DNA of 64,000 nt from Candidatus Woesearchaeota archaeon (GTDB lineage Archaea; Nanobdellota; Nanobdellia; Woesearchaeales; GW2011-AR15): positions 18,293-82,292 of the forward strand of contig WJJD01000058.1 of assembly GCA_014729915.1 (NCBI GenBank). The letters are read 5' to 3'. Each line of letters begins with the position of its first letter. Positions within the stretch are counted from its first letter, which is position 1. Of the stretch, positions 51,969-61,026 are shown piece by piece. The notes below the pieces were generated by a model. It did not search any database, was not told the origin of the DNA, and saw nothing but the letters and a program-made list of their open reading frames with translations. The position numbers were made by a program, and so were the translations under genes.

Positions 51969-54850
51969 GGAAAAATTTTTTTTTAACCGGAATTGTAATG
52001 TTTTTTCTTATTCCTGTTGCTCACTCTCTCGGATCAATTTCAACCTCAGACCTGACTCCTCGAAATGTTGATCTATGCGGAGAAAATTCCCAATATGTGA
52101 CAATCTCAGCACAGGAAATCTTAAACCTAGAAAATGAGACATTGACATCAGTAAAAGCATCTCTTTACCTGAATGAAGATGCAGGATTGAGTTATGTAAC
52201 TCCGCAGACAGTTGAACTCGGAGATATTTATGCAGACAATTACAGTTCAGTTTCTCCTTCATGGGTTTTGCAGTGTCTCTCACCAAACCAGGGAATATAC
52301 ACTGCATTCATCAACTATACATCAGCAAACAGCTATTTTGCAAGCTCAATTGATCAGGCAAACACAGTGATAACAGTATACGCACAGGATGATATAAACG
52401 GAAACATAACAATAATAGAAAAAGACTCTGAACCTAAACAACCAAGCACGGATATAATCTCAGATAATACACCAACGGTTGTTGCCAGTACAGACAGGGA
52501 TTCAATATGCAGGGGAGCAGTTGATGCTGATAAATCATATGATATCATGGATTTTGTTTTCTATGGTACAGAAAGAGATCATAATTACACTTTTACAAAT
52601 ATTATCTCAGAAGGAAAACATACAATCTATGTAAAATGCAAAGATCTTTTTGGAAAAGTGATGGAAAATTCCATGGAAATATCCTTCCAAGTTGATTCGT
52701 CAGATCCTGAAATTATTATTGAGAGCCCGTTGACAATCTCAAAAGATTATATTAATTTTCATATAACAGTAAGTGAAGAATCAGAATGCAGGTATTCCTT
52801 TTCAGAAGAATCATTTAATAGTAAGATAGGGTTTGATAACCGGGAAAAAATCTCATTTTCAAGTTTGTTAGAGGATCTTAAAAAAGGGGAAAACCCTATC
52901 TATGTTGAGTGCAGGGACATTGTCGGAAATACTGGTAAAAAAAATATAATTGTCTCGGTAGAAAGACCTCCTAGCTGTGAAATAATATTAAGTGATGAAT
53001 CTCCTGTAAAACAGGGAATATTGGAAGTAAAGCTGATTCCCTCAAAAAAATTAAGAGAAATACCTGACTTAAGCTATAGTTATACAGACACTGAAAAATT
53101 CACAAGAGAAATCTCTCTGACAGAGCACTCAGGATATTATAAGGGATTTTTGATAATAGACAACTACGAGACACCGAAAATCGGGGTTTTTGAGTTTTCA
53201 GGATATGATCTCTCGGGAAATAAAGGAACAGAAATAACAAACGGAGCAGATTTTATTGTTGACACTATAAAACCCGGAGGGATTGAAAGCATAAATTCAG
53301 GTACAGATCCTGAAAATAATATTGTATTGAAATGGTTTTATGAAGGAGAAGGAACCCAGAATTTCAATATTTACAGGTCAACAACTCCCGGAGTTACTTA
53401 TATTGATTATTATGATAAGGCAAATATCCAGGAATATACTGATGAGAATCTTAAGTCAGGCACAGAATATTATTACAGGGTTTGTGCAGTTGACAAAGCA
53501 GGAAACATAGGAGAATTATCCAAAGAAGTTTCAGCAGTAGCCCAAACAGGTTTGTCAGATGAAAAAATTCATCAGGAAGATCCGCCAAGACTATCTACAT
53601 TACAGGAATTTAATAAAACACTTAGAGAAATAGAAAGCCTGAAGATAGATATTGACTGGGCAGAGGCAAATCTTGCAGAACAAAAATCACAGGAACCTGC
53701 AGTAACAGATCTTGGCTTATATAAGAATGTAATGGGTTCACAGGAAAAAATAAAACAACTGAAAAATAAATTTGAAAAAACAAATCCATTATCAAATTCA
53801 GATCAAGAACTAAAAGAACTGATTGCAAATACAGAAAAACAGCTTGAAAACCTAAGAAAACAGACACCAGCAAAACTTGAGATAATTAAAAAAACAGAAT
53901 ATATGCAGCCTGTAGCAAAATCAGATATTGATCAGGCAGTAAGGGAAGTTACAAAGGGTCTTAATTTTACAGAAAAACAACTCAAAGAGTATAGAGAAAA
54001 AAATTATGATATACGGGAGAAGATCAGGATCTCTTCACTTGTAAAGACATTATCCATAGAATATCTTGATGAATCCGGGGATTACAGAGTATGGGTTAAT
54101 AAAAATGTCCATTATGAAGATCCTGAACCAGTTTCGGACATAAAACTAGTTGAGATAATTCCAAAGACACTCGCAGGAAACCTCGGTACAGTAAATGTCA
54201 GGACAGCTGATCATGTAATAATAAATGAGGATCCGGTCATTGCCTGGAATATTGATGAGCTGAGCTATGAGAAATTCAATATAAAATATATTGTAATAAC
54301 TCAGGACACATCTGAATCAGCAAAAAACACAAAGACAATCGGCCTATTAAAATTTGATGACATGTTAATGCAATCACCCAGTTTAATCACAGGTTTTTCA
54401 ACTACACTCACAAGGATATCACCATTCAACATCATCCAGACAATAGGAGTCTTTATAGGAATAATGCTTGTAATCAGCCTGTTTATGTATTATCTTGCAG
54501 CAATCAAAGAGATAGATATAGGAGGCAGATACCTGGACAGGATAAAAAATTTCAGAAAAGAACAAAGACAGCAAATAAAACCTGTCTCAATGAGAAATTA
54601 TTCTTTATTGACATCACCTGAACAATATTTCTATCTTGCAAACGGAGATGTCATAAGAAGCTTAGGAGAGTTTTTTAATATGCTTGAAGAGATGGGTGAT
54701 TCAATATTTTATACTCATGTAAATGAACACAAAAATGATTTTTCAAATTGGCTAAGATCAGTATTTAGATTAGATGATGTAGCAGAAAAGATTCAATACA
54801 GCAAATCAAAAAAAGAGATGATAAAGATCTTAGAACAGTACAAAAGATAA
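51965..54850 (+). CDS. Type I membrane surface protein of 961 aa: a signal peptide, Ig-like domains and a fibronectin type III domain, an extracellular coiled-coil, one TM helix, and the cytoplasmic 'HVNE-KNDFS-W' C-terminal domain
   Basis: Signal peptide 'MRKNFFLTGIVMFFLIPVAHS'. FN3 'NIVLKWFYEGEGTQNFNIYRSTTPGVTYIDYYD ... SGTEYYYRVCAVDKAGNIGELS'. TM 'IIQTIGVFIGIMLVISLFMYYLAAI'. C-terminus 'YFYLANGDVIRSLGEFFNMLEEMGDSIFYTHVNEHKNDFSNWLRSVFRLDDVAEKIQYSKSKKEMIKILEQYKR'. Confidence 0.8.
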   Translation: MRKNFFLTGIVMFFLIPVAHSLGSISTSDLTPRNVDLCGENSQYVTISAQEILNLENETLTSVKASLYLNEDAGLSYVTPQTVELGDIYADNYSSVSPSWVLQCLSPNQGIYTAFINYTSANSYFASSIDQANTVITVYAQDDINGNITIIEKDSEPKQPSTDIISDNTPTVVASTDRDSICRGAVDADKSYDIMDFVFYGTERDHNYTFTNIISEGKHTIYVKCKDLFGKVMENSMEISFQVDSSDPEIIIESPLTISKDYINFHITVSEESECRYSFSEESFNSKIGFDNREKISFSSLLEDLKKGENPIYVECRDIVGNTGKKNIIVSVERPPSCEIILSDESPVKQGILEVKLIPSKKLREIPDLSYSYTDTEKFTREISLTEHSGYYKGFLIIDNYETPKIGVFEFSGYDLSGNKGTEITNGADFIVDTIKPGGIESINSGTDPENNIVLKWFYEGEGTQNFNIYRSTTPGVTYIDYYDKANIQEYTDENLKSGTEYYYRVCAVDKAGNIGELSKEVSAVAQTGLSDEKIHQEDPPRLSTLQEFNKTLREIESLKIDIDWAEANLAEQKSQEPAVTDLGLYKNVMGSQEKIKQLKNKFEKTNPLSNSDQELKELIANTEKQLENLRKQTPAKLEIIKKTEYMQPVAKSDIDQAVREVTKGLNFTEKQLKEYREKNYDIREKIRISSLVKTLSIEYLDESGDYRVWVNKNVHYEDPEPVSDIKLVEIIPKTLAGNLGTVNVRTADHVIINEDPVIAWNIDELSYEKFNIKYIVITQDTSESAKNTKTIGLLKFDDMLMQSPSLITGFSTTLTRISPFNIIQTIGVFIGIMLVISLFMYYLAAIKEIDIGGRYLDRIKNFRKEQRQQIKPVSMRNYSLLTSPEQYFYLANGDVIRSLGEFFNMLEEMGDSIFYTHVNEHKNDFSNWLRSVFRLDDVAEKIQYSKSKKEMIKILEQYKR

Positions 54851-54871
54851 AATGATAAAGGAGGGGTATAG

Positions 54872-55780
54872 ATGAAAAAAGAAAAAATAGGAACATATAG
54901 GGGGTTGGTTTTTTTATTTTGTTTATTTGTTATGTGGATATATTTGCTGAAAATTCCGGTAATTTCAGCGCAGGCAGATGGAAACCAGACATTGAACACA
55001 ACAGTGAATATAACAAATGCAGCACCTGAAGTAAAAGACATAAGATGTCCCGCAGCAGTTGATCTTGAGGCATATGGAAATAAGACAGTCCAGTGCAATG
55101 TGACAGTATTTGATTACGACAACAACACAAACATAGTCAATGCTACATTTTATTTTAATACTGTAGCAGCAGAAGATCCGGACAATAAGCTCAACCACTA
55201 TACAAACAGTTCATGTGTGAATGAATCACCTCAGGATAACGAGATGAACTTTTCATGCACGTTTGATCTGATTTATTTTGCAAATAACGGTTCCTGGTAT
55301 TCAAATGCAACCGCTTATGATGACCAGGATGCTTCAGGAAATAACATCTCTGATTCCATTAACGTAAACCCATTGACAGCCATTTACATACCGACTGATA
55401 CAGTTCTTGATTTCGGAGAGCTCGAGACAGGACAGACTTCGGGAGATAAAGAAGCAAACATCACAAACGCAGGAAACATCCAGATCAACATAAGTGTTCA
55501 GGGATGGGCAAATACTAAGGGAGATGATCTTGCGATGGATTGTGAATATGGAACTATTGACAGGACATATGAAAAATATGCAGTTACGTCAGGAGAATTA
55601 TTTTCAGCAATGACGGAGCTTCCATTAAATGACGAGATGATTGCAGGCTTGTTTATTGAAAGGCAGACAGCAGACGGATCATTAAAAACAAATACAACTT
55701 ATTGGAAACTGGAGATTCCGCCGAGTGCCGGCGGGATATGCGAGGGAAAACTGTTGTTTACAGCAAGTGCAAAAGAATAG
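54872..55780 (+). CDS. Secreted/anchored ~300-aa protein, paralog family P2, ending ...GGICEGKLLFTASAKE
   Basis: '...WIYLLKIPVISAQADGNQTLNTTVNITNAAPEV ... PLTAIYIPTDTVLDFGELE ... NITNAGNIQINISVQGW ... DDLAMDCEYGTID ... TYWKLEIPPSAGGICEGKLLFTA' is collinear with the product of 33562..34506. Confidence 0.7.
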   Translation: MKKEKIGTYRGLVFLFCLFVMWIYLLKIPVISAQADGNQTLNTTVNITNAAPEVKDIRCPAAVDLEAYGNKTVQCNVTVFDYDNNTNIVNATFYFNTVAAEDPDNKLNHYTNSSCVNESPQDNEMNFSCTFDLIYFANNGSWYSNATAYDDQDASGNNISDSINVNPLTAIYIPTDTVLDFGELETGQTSGDKEANITNAGNIQINISVQGWANTKGDDLAMDCEYGTIDRTYEKYAVTSGELFSAMTELPLNDEMIAGLFIERQTADGSLKTNTTYWKLEIPPSAGGICEGKLLFTASAKE

Positions 55781-55866
55781 GAATAATATTGTGAAATAAC
55801 TGGATAAGGTTCATACTTTATCCTCCCTCCTTTATTTTTTTTATCTTATTCTGTAGTAAAATATAC

Positions 55867-56061
55867 TCAGGCAACTTCAATATATATCTTTTTGCTGCTT
55901 CCCAATTTCCTGTTCTGTTCTGTGTTGCAGCCGCCGTCATAATTAGGATAGAGCTCAGCATCAAAATAACAGATATTGAAATGGAACAGATAAGTGCCTG
56001 ATCGTGCCTCTTCGGGTATAGAAAATGTTATCGGAAAAATTTTTCTGTTTTTTTCAAACAT
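55867..56061 (-). CDS. 64-aa ORF whose C-terminus (...RKLGSSKKIYIEVA) matches the conserved C-terminal tail end of the giant and 1,050-aa proteins. It is in frame with the upstream ORF 56101..56562 across a single TAA.
   Basis: 'SGTYLFHFNICY ... RKLGSSKKIYIEVA' versus 'YGTYDYELSVPA ... YKLGSDKLTMYVEIK'. The reverse-complement reads ...EYNIK-TAA-IKNWAEPNDLTFQ-MFEK... in one frame. Confidence 0.4.
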   Translation of the reverse strand: MFEKNRKIFPITFSIPEEARSGTYLFHFNICYFDAELYPNYDGGCNTEQNRKLGSSKKIYIEVA

Positions 56062-56100
56062 CTGGAAAGTCAGGTCATTGGGTTCAGCCCAGTTCTTAAT

Positions 56101-56562
56101 TTACTTAATATTATACTCGGTCCTTCCTGAATCCAATTTAACAGATCCGAAATTAAGAGCAACATGAAATGATTTTGCCTTTCCGATTATATTATCAAAA
56201 CCAGCTGCAATAGTCTTTGAATCTCCTTTGCTAATTCTAATGATGCTGTCTGATACACCGACAACAAAATCTCTGTCAAGATATTCATTTAAAACATCAA
56301 TTTTCTTTTCATTAATTTCAATATTATCATTTTTAAGAACCTTTTCCGGTTCATTGATTTCATCCGCTTCTTTATTTTCAACAGCATCCATAAAATTATT
56401 ACCCTGTTCAATGATTACATCATTATTTTCCATTGAAATTGCGAGAAGAAGTACAAGAATCATTAGAAAAGTTCCAAAGAAACCAAGGACAGCTGTAAAC
56501 AATGTTTCATCATATTTTTCATTTATCCTGGATTTTTTCTTTTTTTCTTTTTTTTTTGCCAT
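56101..56562 (-). CDS. Membrane-anchored hypothetical protein (153 aa) with an N-terminal Lys-rich region and one TM helix. It may be the N-terminal part of a gene interrupted by an in-frame TAA (see 55867..56061).
   Basis: 'MAKKKEKKKKSRINEKYDETLFTAVLGFFGTFLMILVLLLAISM...'. Same frame as the downstream ORF. Confidence 0.5.
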   Translation of the reverse strand: MAKKKEKKKKSRINEKYDETLFTAVLGFFGTFLMILVLLLAISMENNDVIIEQGNNFMDAVENKEADEINEPEKVLKNDNIEINEKKIDVLNEYLDRDFVVGVSDSIIRISKGDSKTIAAGFDNIIGKAKSFHVALNFGSVKLDSGRTEYNIK

Positions 56563-56693
56563 GCGACCACCAATAAGTATTATAAAATCAAAGATTAAAA
56601 ATTTTTTGAAAATCTAACAAAAAGGTTTAAATAGAAAAAATCTTTTATCAATCTTCGGGGGAATAAAAAATTCATATTATAAAAAGAGGTATT

Positions 56694-59600
56694 TTGCTGA
56701 ACAAAAGCTCTGTTCTTAAGAGATCGAAATTTTCACTTATTCTCCTTGTTTTAATAGTATTAATGTTATTTTCGGGATCAGTAAAATCAACCTCAGTCAA
56801 CACAAATATTAAAGAAAATAATCAGTTTAACATAAACGCTATCTCTACAGGGAAAACTTATTTTTTATTTGAAAAAGAAAATTATATTTTAAAAATATGG
56901 GCAAACGGAACAAGGAGATGGTATCCCGGAAAAGATCCTGGATCATATATTGAGTTCGGTACTCCTGAAACTAGGTTTGAGAATGGAGAATGGAGAAAAA
57001 TATCCCTAAAACATCCTGTTAAAAAACCCGGATCCATTGAGTGGAATCTTACAGATTATAAGATACGGTATGACATTTTAAGAAATAAAATAAAATTTAA
57101 CATTCGAATAAAAAATAATAATACAGGAAATATTTTGAGATGGAAAATCAATTCCCGAAATCTTTTAATCATAGAAAATGATAATTTTTGGAACCTTTTC
57201 AGCAAATCAGACAGCAGAAACGCCGGGAAAATAACTCATCCTTTTATCTGGAGGGATAAATCAGGCGAACTTGAAAATTATCGGTATCTTAAACTGAAAA
57301 AAATAGGGAATCATGCATATATGAATTTTGATTTGCAGGGATTACAATACCCTGTTGATATTGATCCTACTTTTGAGACCCAGCCTGCCCCTTCAGACGG
57401 GAAAGATACCTATCTTTCAAGTGATAATGCAGATACAAATTACGGCTCAAATGAATTTGATTATGCAATAGGCAGAGAAGGAGCAACCAATGTGATGCGT
57501 GCATTGATAGAATTTAATTTATCCAATATTTCGTCCGGTTATACATGCAGTAATGCAACTTTATCTTTGTATTGCAATTATCTTGATGCAAATGCATATA
57601 ATTCACTGGTTGGAGTTTATGAATTAAGGAGCGGGAGATCTACCTGGGTTGAGGGAGAGGCAACATGGAATGATTATGCAAGCGGATCATCCTGGACAAC
57701 AGGTGGTGCTGATTCGACAACAGAGGACCGGCTTGCTGCGAGTATAGCAACATTCAATGCTCCCGCCTCAAGCGGTAACTGGATAAATATTTCCTTAAAT
57801 ACCACAGAGGTTGAGGACTGGTTCGGAGACTCAAATGAGAATTACGGATTAATCATTATTATGGATGATGAAACAACAGGCTGGACAAAAGTTACATTCA
57901 GGTCATCTGATTATACCTCAGATACCTCCCTGCGCCCGAAACTGGTTGTTGATTATTCAGAATCCACGGGTAATTCCGTCCCTGTAATTAACCAGGTACA
58001 ATGTGAAATCAATTCCAGTTCAAATTGGCATGCATGTAGTGATGCTTCTGTCTGGGATTCTGAAATACTGCAGGTCAGAGTCAACTGCACAGATACAGAC
58101 AGCCAAATATTAAATGTAACCTACAACCTTTCAAACGTTGCTGATTCAGATACGAAATTCAGTTCTCTTAACGCGACCTCTTCTTCAGGAGACTGGTGGT
58201 ATTTTGATAATTCTGATTACCTTGTACAGGATTCGGGATTATTTAATCTTGATATTGTGTGCAATGACGGCACAGGTTCAGCACAGGAAACTATTGAGTG
58301 GATAACCCCCTGGGGAATCCTGAATACTTCATGGAGAGAACCGGTGGACAGTACAAATGTTTCAAAAAACAGGTTTACAACATTTAGCTCTCTTACAGAA
58401 TGTTTTCTGGGAGAATGCGGTGACGTGAATATCACTCTTGATCCTATTGTCGAAAAGCAGCCGGATGCTGCTGAAGGAAAGGATACGCAGTTGTCAGGCA
58501 GCAATGCTGATACAAATTATGGTTCAGCTGAATTTAGTTATTCAATCGGAGTGAATGGTGCTTCAGATATTTTAAGGGCACTCATAGAATTCAATCTTTC
58601 TGAAATACCTTCTGGATCTACATGTAATCAGGCAACACTTTCCTTATACAGCAATTATCTTGATGCAAATGCATATAATGATCCCGGCAAAATTTATGAA
58701 TTAAGAAGCGGGAGATCTGCCTGGGTTGAGGGAGAGGCAACATGGAATGATTATGCAAGCGGATCATCCTGGACAACAGGTGGTGCTGATTCGGTAACAG
58801 AGGACCGGCTTGTTGCGAGTATAGCAACATTCAATGCTCCCGCCTCAAGCGGTAACTGGGTAAATATTTCCTTAAATACCACAGATGTTGAGGACTGGTT
58901 CGGGGACTCAAATGAGAATTACGGATTAATCATTATTATGGATGATGAAACAACAGGCTGGACAAAGGTCTCTTTCAGGCCTTCAGATTATGCCGCAGAT
59001 GTTTCTTTAAGACCAAAAATTACTATTAATTATACTGAAGCAGCAGATTCAGGGATACAGGATAAAGGGTTTGCAATCAATACTACTCCGGGAGCTGTGC
59101 CTTTCTGGACATCTTCCTCAAATCCTCAACAATGTGTTAATTTAAAACCAGGTGATGCATGCCAGAAAAGCTGGGATGTGAATGCCACGGGAAAGATTGG
59201 AGATACATATAGGTTTTATGTGATCTCTGATCCGACAACATATTCAGCAAATATTGATACAAATGAGTCAGACAGGATAAACATAACAATTGAGTCAGAG
59301 CCTGAGCAAAATTCTGTACCTTGGGTATCAAGTTTGGATATTGAAAATCCTGTAAACCTTTTGGCAGCATCAAACAAGACAGTATACTGTCAGGGAACAA
59401 TCAATGATGCTGACGGGCATTCAGATATCACAGGAGTTAATGCTACTTTATTTAATTCTGGCCCGGGATTAACAGAATCAAGTCCTGACAACAGGAGTTC
59501 TCATTATACAAATACTTCATGCAGCCTGTTTAATCAGGCAGGCAACTCTCTTGATTTTAATTGTACTTTTGATCTTTCTTATTTTGCAGTAAACGGAACA

Positions 59601-60077
59601 TGGCAATGCAATGTCACTGTAATTGATTCAGAAAATGCAAAAAATTCTTCAAAACAGGCTGCAACTATAAACGAGCTTCTGGCAATCTCGATTGATCCAG
59701 ATGTTGTTGATTACGGCGATATGAATATTAATGAGGAATCAGATGATTTTTATGTAAATTTTACAAATTACGGGAATGTGATTCTTGATCTAGAGATGTT
59801 CGGATATGCAGACGCAGAAGAAGATAATCTTTCTATGGATTGTGATACTGGCTCAATTTCAAATTATTATCAGAGATATGCATTAACAGAGCTTAATCTG
59901 TGGCAGGACATGTCTGCTTTATACGGAAAAACAAATCCTGTAAATCTTGATTTTAATCTTTCAGCCGGAAACCAGGAGCAGGAATCTGTTGATTCACTCT
60001 ATTGGAAATTAAAGATTCCCTATAATACAAAAGGCACCTGCAGCGGAAAGATAGTATTCACAGCAGTGAGCGGGTGA
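56694..60077 (+). CDS. Secreted 1,127-aa mosaic surface protein: a signal peptide; two tandem ~360-aa domains possibly related to the DNRLRE/CBM96 type ('W.E..ATWN'); Ig-like modules shared with the giant protein; and a C-terminal P2-family module ending ...GKIVFTAVSG
   Basis: Signal peptide 'MLNKSSVLKRSKFSLILLVLIVLMLFSGSVKS'. The duplicated block 'GKDT.LS..NADTNYGS.EF.Y.IG..GA...MRALIEFNLS ... ATLSLY.NYLDANAYN ... YELRSGRS.WVEGEATWNDYASGSSWTTGGADS.TEDRL.ASIATFNAPASSGNW.NISLNTT.VEDWFGDSNENYGLIIIMDDETTGWTKV.FR.SDY' occurs twice. 'CEINSSSNWHACSD ... WITPWGILNTSW ... ECFLGECGDVNITLDP' resembles giant-protein modules. The C-terminal 300 aa are collinear with the P2 proteins. Confidence 0.8.
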   Translation: MLNKSSVLKRSKFSLILLVLIVLMLFSGSVKSTSVNTNIKENNQFNINAISTGKTYFLFEKENYILKIWANGTRRWYPGKDPGSYIEFGTPETRFENGEWRKISLKHPVKKPGSIEWNLTDYKIRYDILRNKIKFNIRIKNNNTGNILRWKINSRNLLIIENDNFWNLFSKSDSRNAGKITHPFIWRDKSGELENYRYLKLKKIGNHAYMNFDLQGLQYPVDIDPTFETQPAPSDGKDTYLSSDNADTNYGSNEFDYAIGREGATNVMRALIEFNLSNISSGYTCSNATLSLYCNYLDANAYNSLVGVYELRSGRSTWVEGEATWNDYASGSSWTTGGADSTTEDRLAASIATFNAPASSGNWINISLNTTEVEDWFGDSNENYGLIIIMDDETTGWTKVTFRSSDYTSDTSLRPKLVVDYSESTGNSVPVINQVQCEINSSSNWHACSDASVWDSEILQVRVNCTDTDSQILNVTYNLSNVADSDTKFSSLNATSSSGDWWYFDNSDYLVQDSGLFNLDIVCNDGTGSAQETIEWITPWGILNTSWREPVDSTNVSKNRFTTFSSLTECFLGECGDVNITLDPIVEKQPDAAEGKDTQLSGSNADTNYGSAEFSYSIGVNGASDILRALIEFNLSEIPSGSTCNQATLSLYSNYLDANAYNDPGKIYELRSGRSAWVEGEATWNDYASGSSWTTGGADSVTEDRLVASIATFNAPASSGNWVNISLNTTDVEDWFGDSNENYGLIIIMDDETTGWTKVSFRPSDYAADVSLRPKITINYTEAADSGIQDKGFAINTTPGAVPFWTSSSNPQQCVNLKPGDACQKSWDVNATGKIGDTYRFYVISDPTTYSANIDTNESDRINITIESEPEQNSVPWVSSLDIENPVNLLAASNKTVYCQGTINDADGHSDITGVNATLFNSGPGLTESSPDNRSSHYTNTSCSLFNQAGNSLDFNCTFDLSYFAVNGTWQCNVTVIDSENAKNSSKQAATINELLAISIDPDVVDYGDMNINEESDDFYVNFTNYGNVILDLEMFGYADAEEDNLSMDCDTGSISNYYQRYALTELNLWQDMSALYGKTNPVNLDFNLSAGNQEQESVDSLYWKLKIPYNTKGTCSGKIVFTAVSG
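57361..59040 (+). repeat. Tandem intragenic duplication (2 x ~1.08 kb) with a ~270-nt core that is about 97% identical at nucleotide level
   Basis: nt ~57615-57890 versus ~58692-58967 (offset 1077): 'ggagcgggagatctacctgggttgagggagaggcaacatggaatgattatgcaagcggatcatcctggacaacaggtggtgctgattcg...' is nearly identical in both copies. The flanks have diverged. Confidence 0.75.
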
Positions 60078-60201
60078 AAAATGATATTTGTGAAATTATG
60101 AACTTATGGATTCCATTATAGGAATCATTTATACAGAAATCTTATATATGTTTTTTTGTTAATGAGCTATATTGCCTTAGGGGCAAGGGAGGTAGTTAGA
60201 A

Positions 60202-60747
60202 ATGGCAAACACATATACTGATGAAGTAATAGGGCTGTTTGAGGACCCGGACAATGCAGAAGATGCTATAAATGAGCTTCGGGACAGGGGATATGCTCCT
60301 GAAGAGATCTCTGTTGTGGGTACAGAGACTGAGCTTGAGGAATATACAAAAGAAGGCTCTGGAGTAAGCGTATCAGAAGGCACAGGAATGGGTGCTGCTT
60401 CAGGAGCAGTGCTTGGCGGTATCGCGGGTCTTCTTGCAGGAGTAGGGGCTATAGCAGTTCCGCCGGCAGGGGCATTACTATTTGCAGGACCCCTGGCAGT
60501 GGCGCTCGGCCTTACAGGAGCAGCAGCAACAACAACATCCGGAGCAGCTTCAGGAGCGCTTGCAGGAGGAATTGTAGGAGGTCTTGTAAGTCTTGGATTT
60601 CCTGAAGAAAAAGCAAAATTTTATGAAGAGAAGATTGGAGAAGGCTCTGTCATGGTCTCTGTTCCGATATATCTGGAAGAAGAGCAGGTAGCAAGAGAAA
60701 TCCTTGAGGACAACGGAGCAGATGATGTATGGGAGTATACAGAATAA
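60202..60747 (+). CDS. General stress protein 17M (YflT)-like protein with a central Gly/Ala-rich membrane-associated segment
   Basis: N-terminal 'VIGLFEDPDNAEDAINELRDRGYAPEEISVVG' matches the GSP17M/YflT N-domain pattern. It is followed by 'GMGAASGAVLGGIAGLLAGVGAIAVPPAGALLFAGPLAVALGLTGAAA' (glycine-zipper-like). This gene is GC-richer than the surface-protein genes. Confidence 0.55.
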   Translation: MANTYTDEVIGLFEDPDNAEDAINELRDRGYAPEEISVVGTETELEEYTKEGSGVSVSEGTGMGAASGAVLGGIAGLLAGVGAIAVPPAGALLFAGPLAVALGLTGAAATTTSGAASGALAGGIVGGLVSLGFPEEKAKFYEEKIGEGSVMVSVPIYLEEEQVAREILEDNGADDVWEYTE

Positions 60748-60785
60748 GGATTGGATAACACTTACCCAATTGGTATTTAGCGGAG

Positions 60786-60971
60786 GTGAAAAAAATGTTG
60801 CTTAAATGGGCACTTGTATTCTTTGTTGTCGCAGTCATTGCTGCAGTCTTCGGATTCGGAGGGATAGCAGGCGCAGCCGCAAGCATAGCGCAATTACTGT
60901 TCGGAATTTTTGTTGTGTTATTTCTGGTTGCGTTAGTTGCCGGATTGATTGCAGGCGAAACACTGTTCTAA
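60786..60971 (+). CDS. UPF0391/DUF1328-family small membrane protein (YtjA-like)
   Basis: 'MLLKWALVFFVVAVIAAVFGFGGIAGAAASIAQLLFGIFVVLFLVALV' matches the canonical 'LRWAL.FL.IAL.AA.LGFGGIAG.AA.IAKILF.IFLVLF' pattern. Confidence 0.75.
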   Translation: MKKMLLKWALVFFVVAVIAAVFGFGGIAGAAASIAQLLFGIFVVLFLVALVAGLIAGETLF

Positions 60972-61026
60972 GACCCGGAATAATTTTTTTTTCTGTTTTT
61001 TTAAAATGATCAAGGAGGTGTTTATT

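Noticed and set aside
60949-61026. ORF-track start at 60949 for the ChaB-like gene (MQAKHCSKTRNNFFFCFFKM...)
   Set aside because: The Met at 61027 is preceded by a strong Shine-Dalgarno site (AAGGAGGTG), and homologous ChaB proteins begin near this point. The upstream extension is T-rich intergenic sequence.
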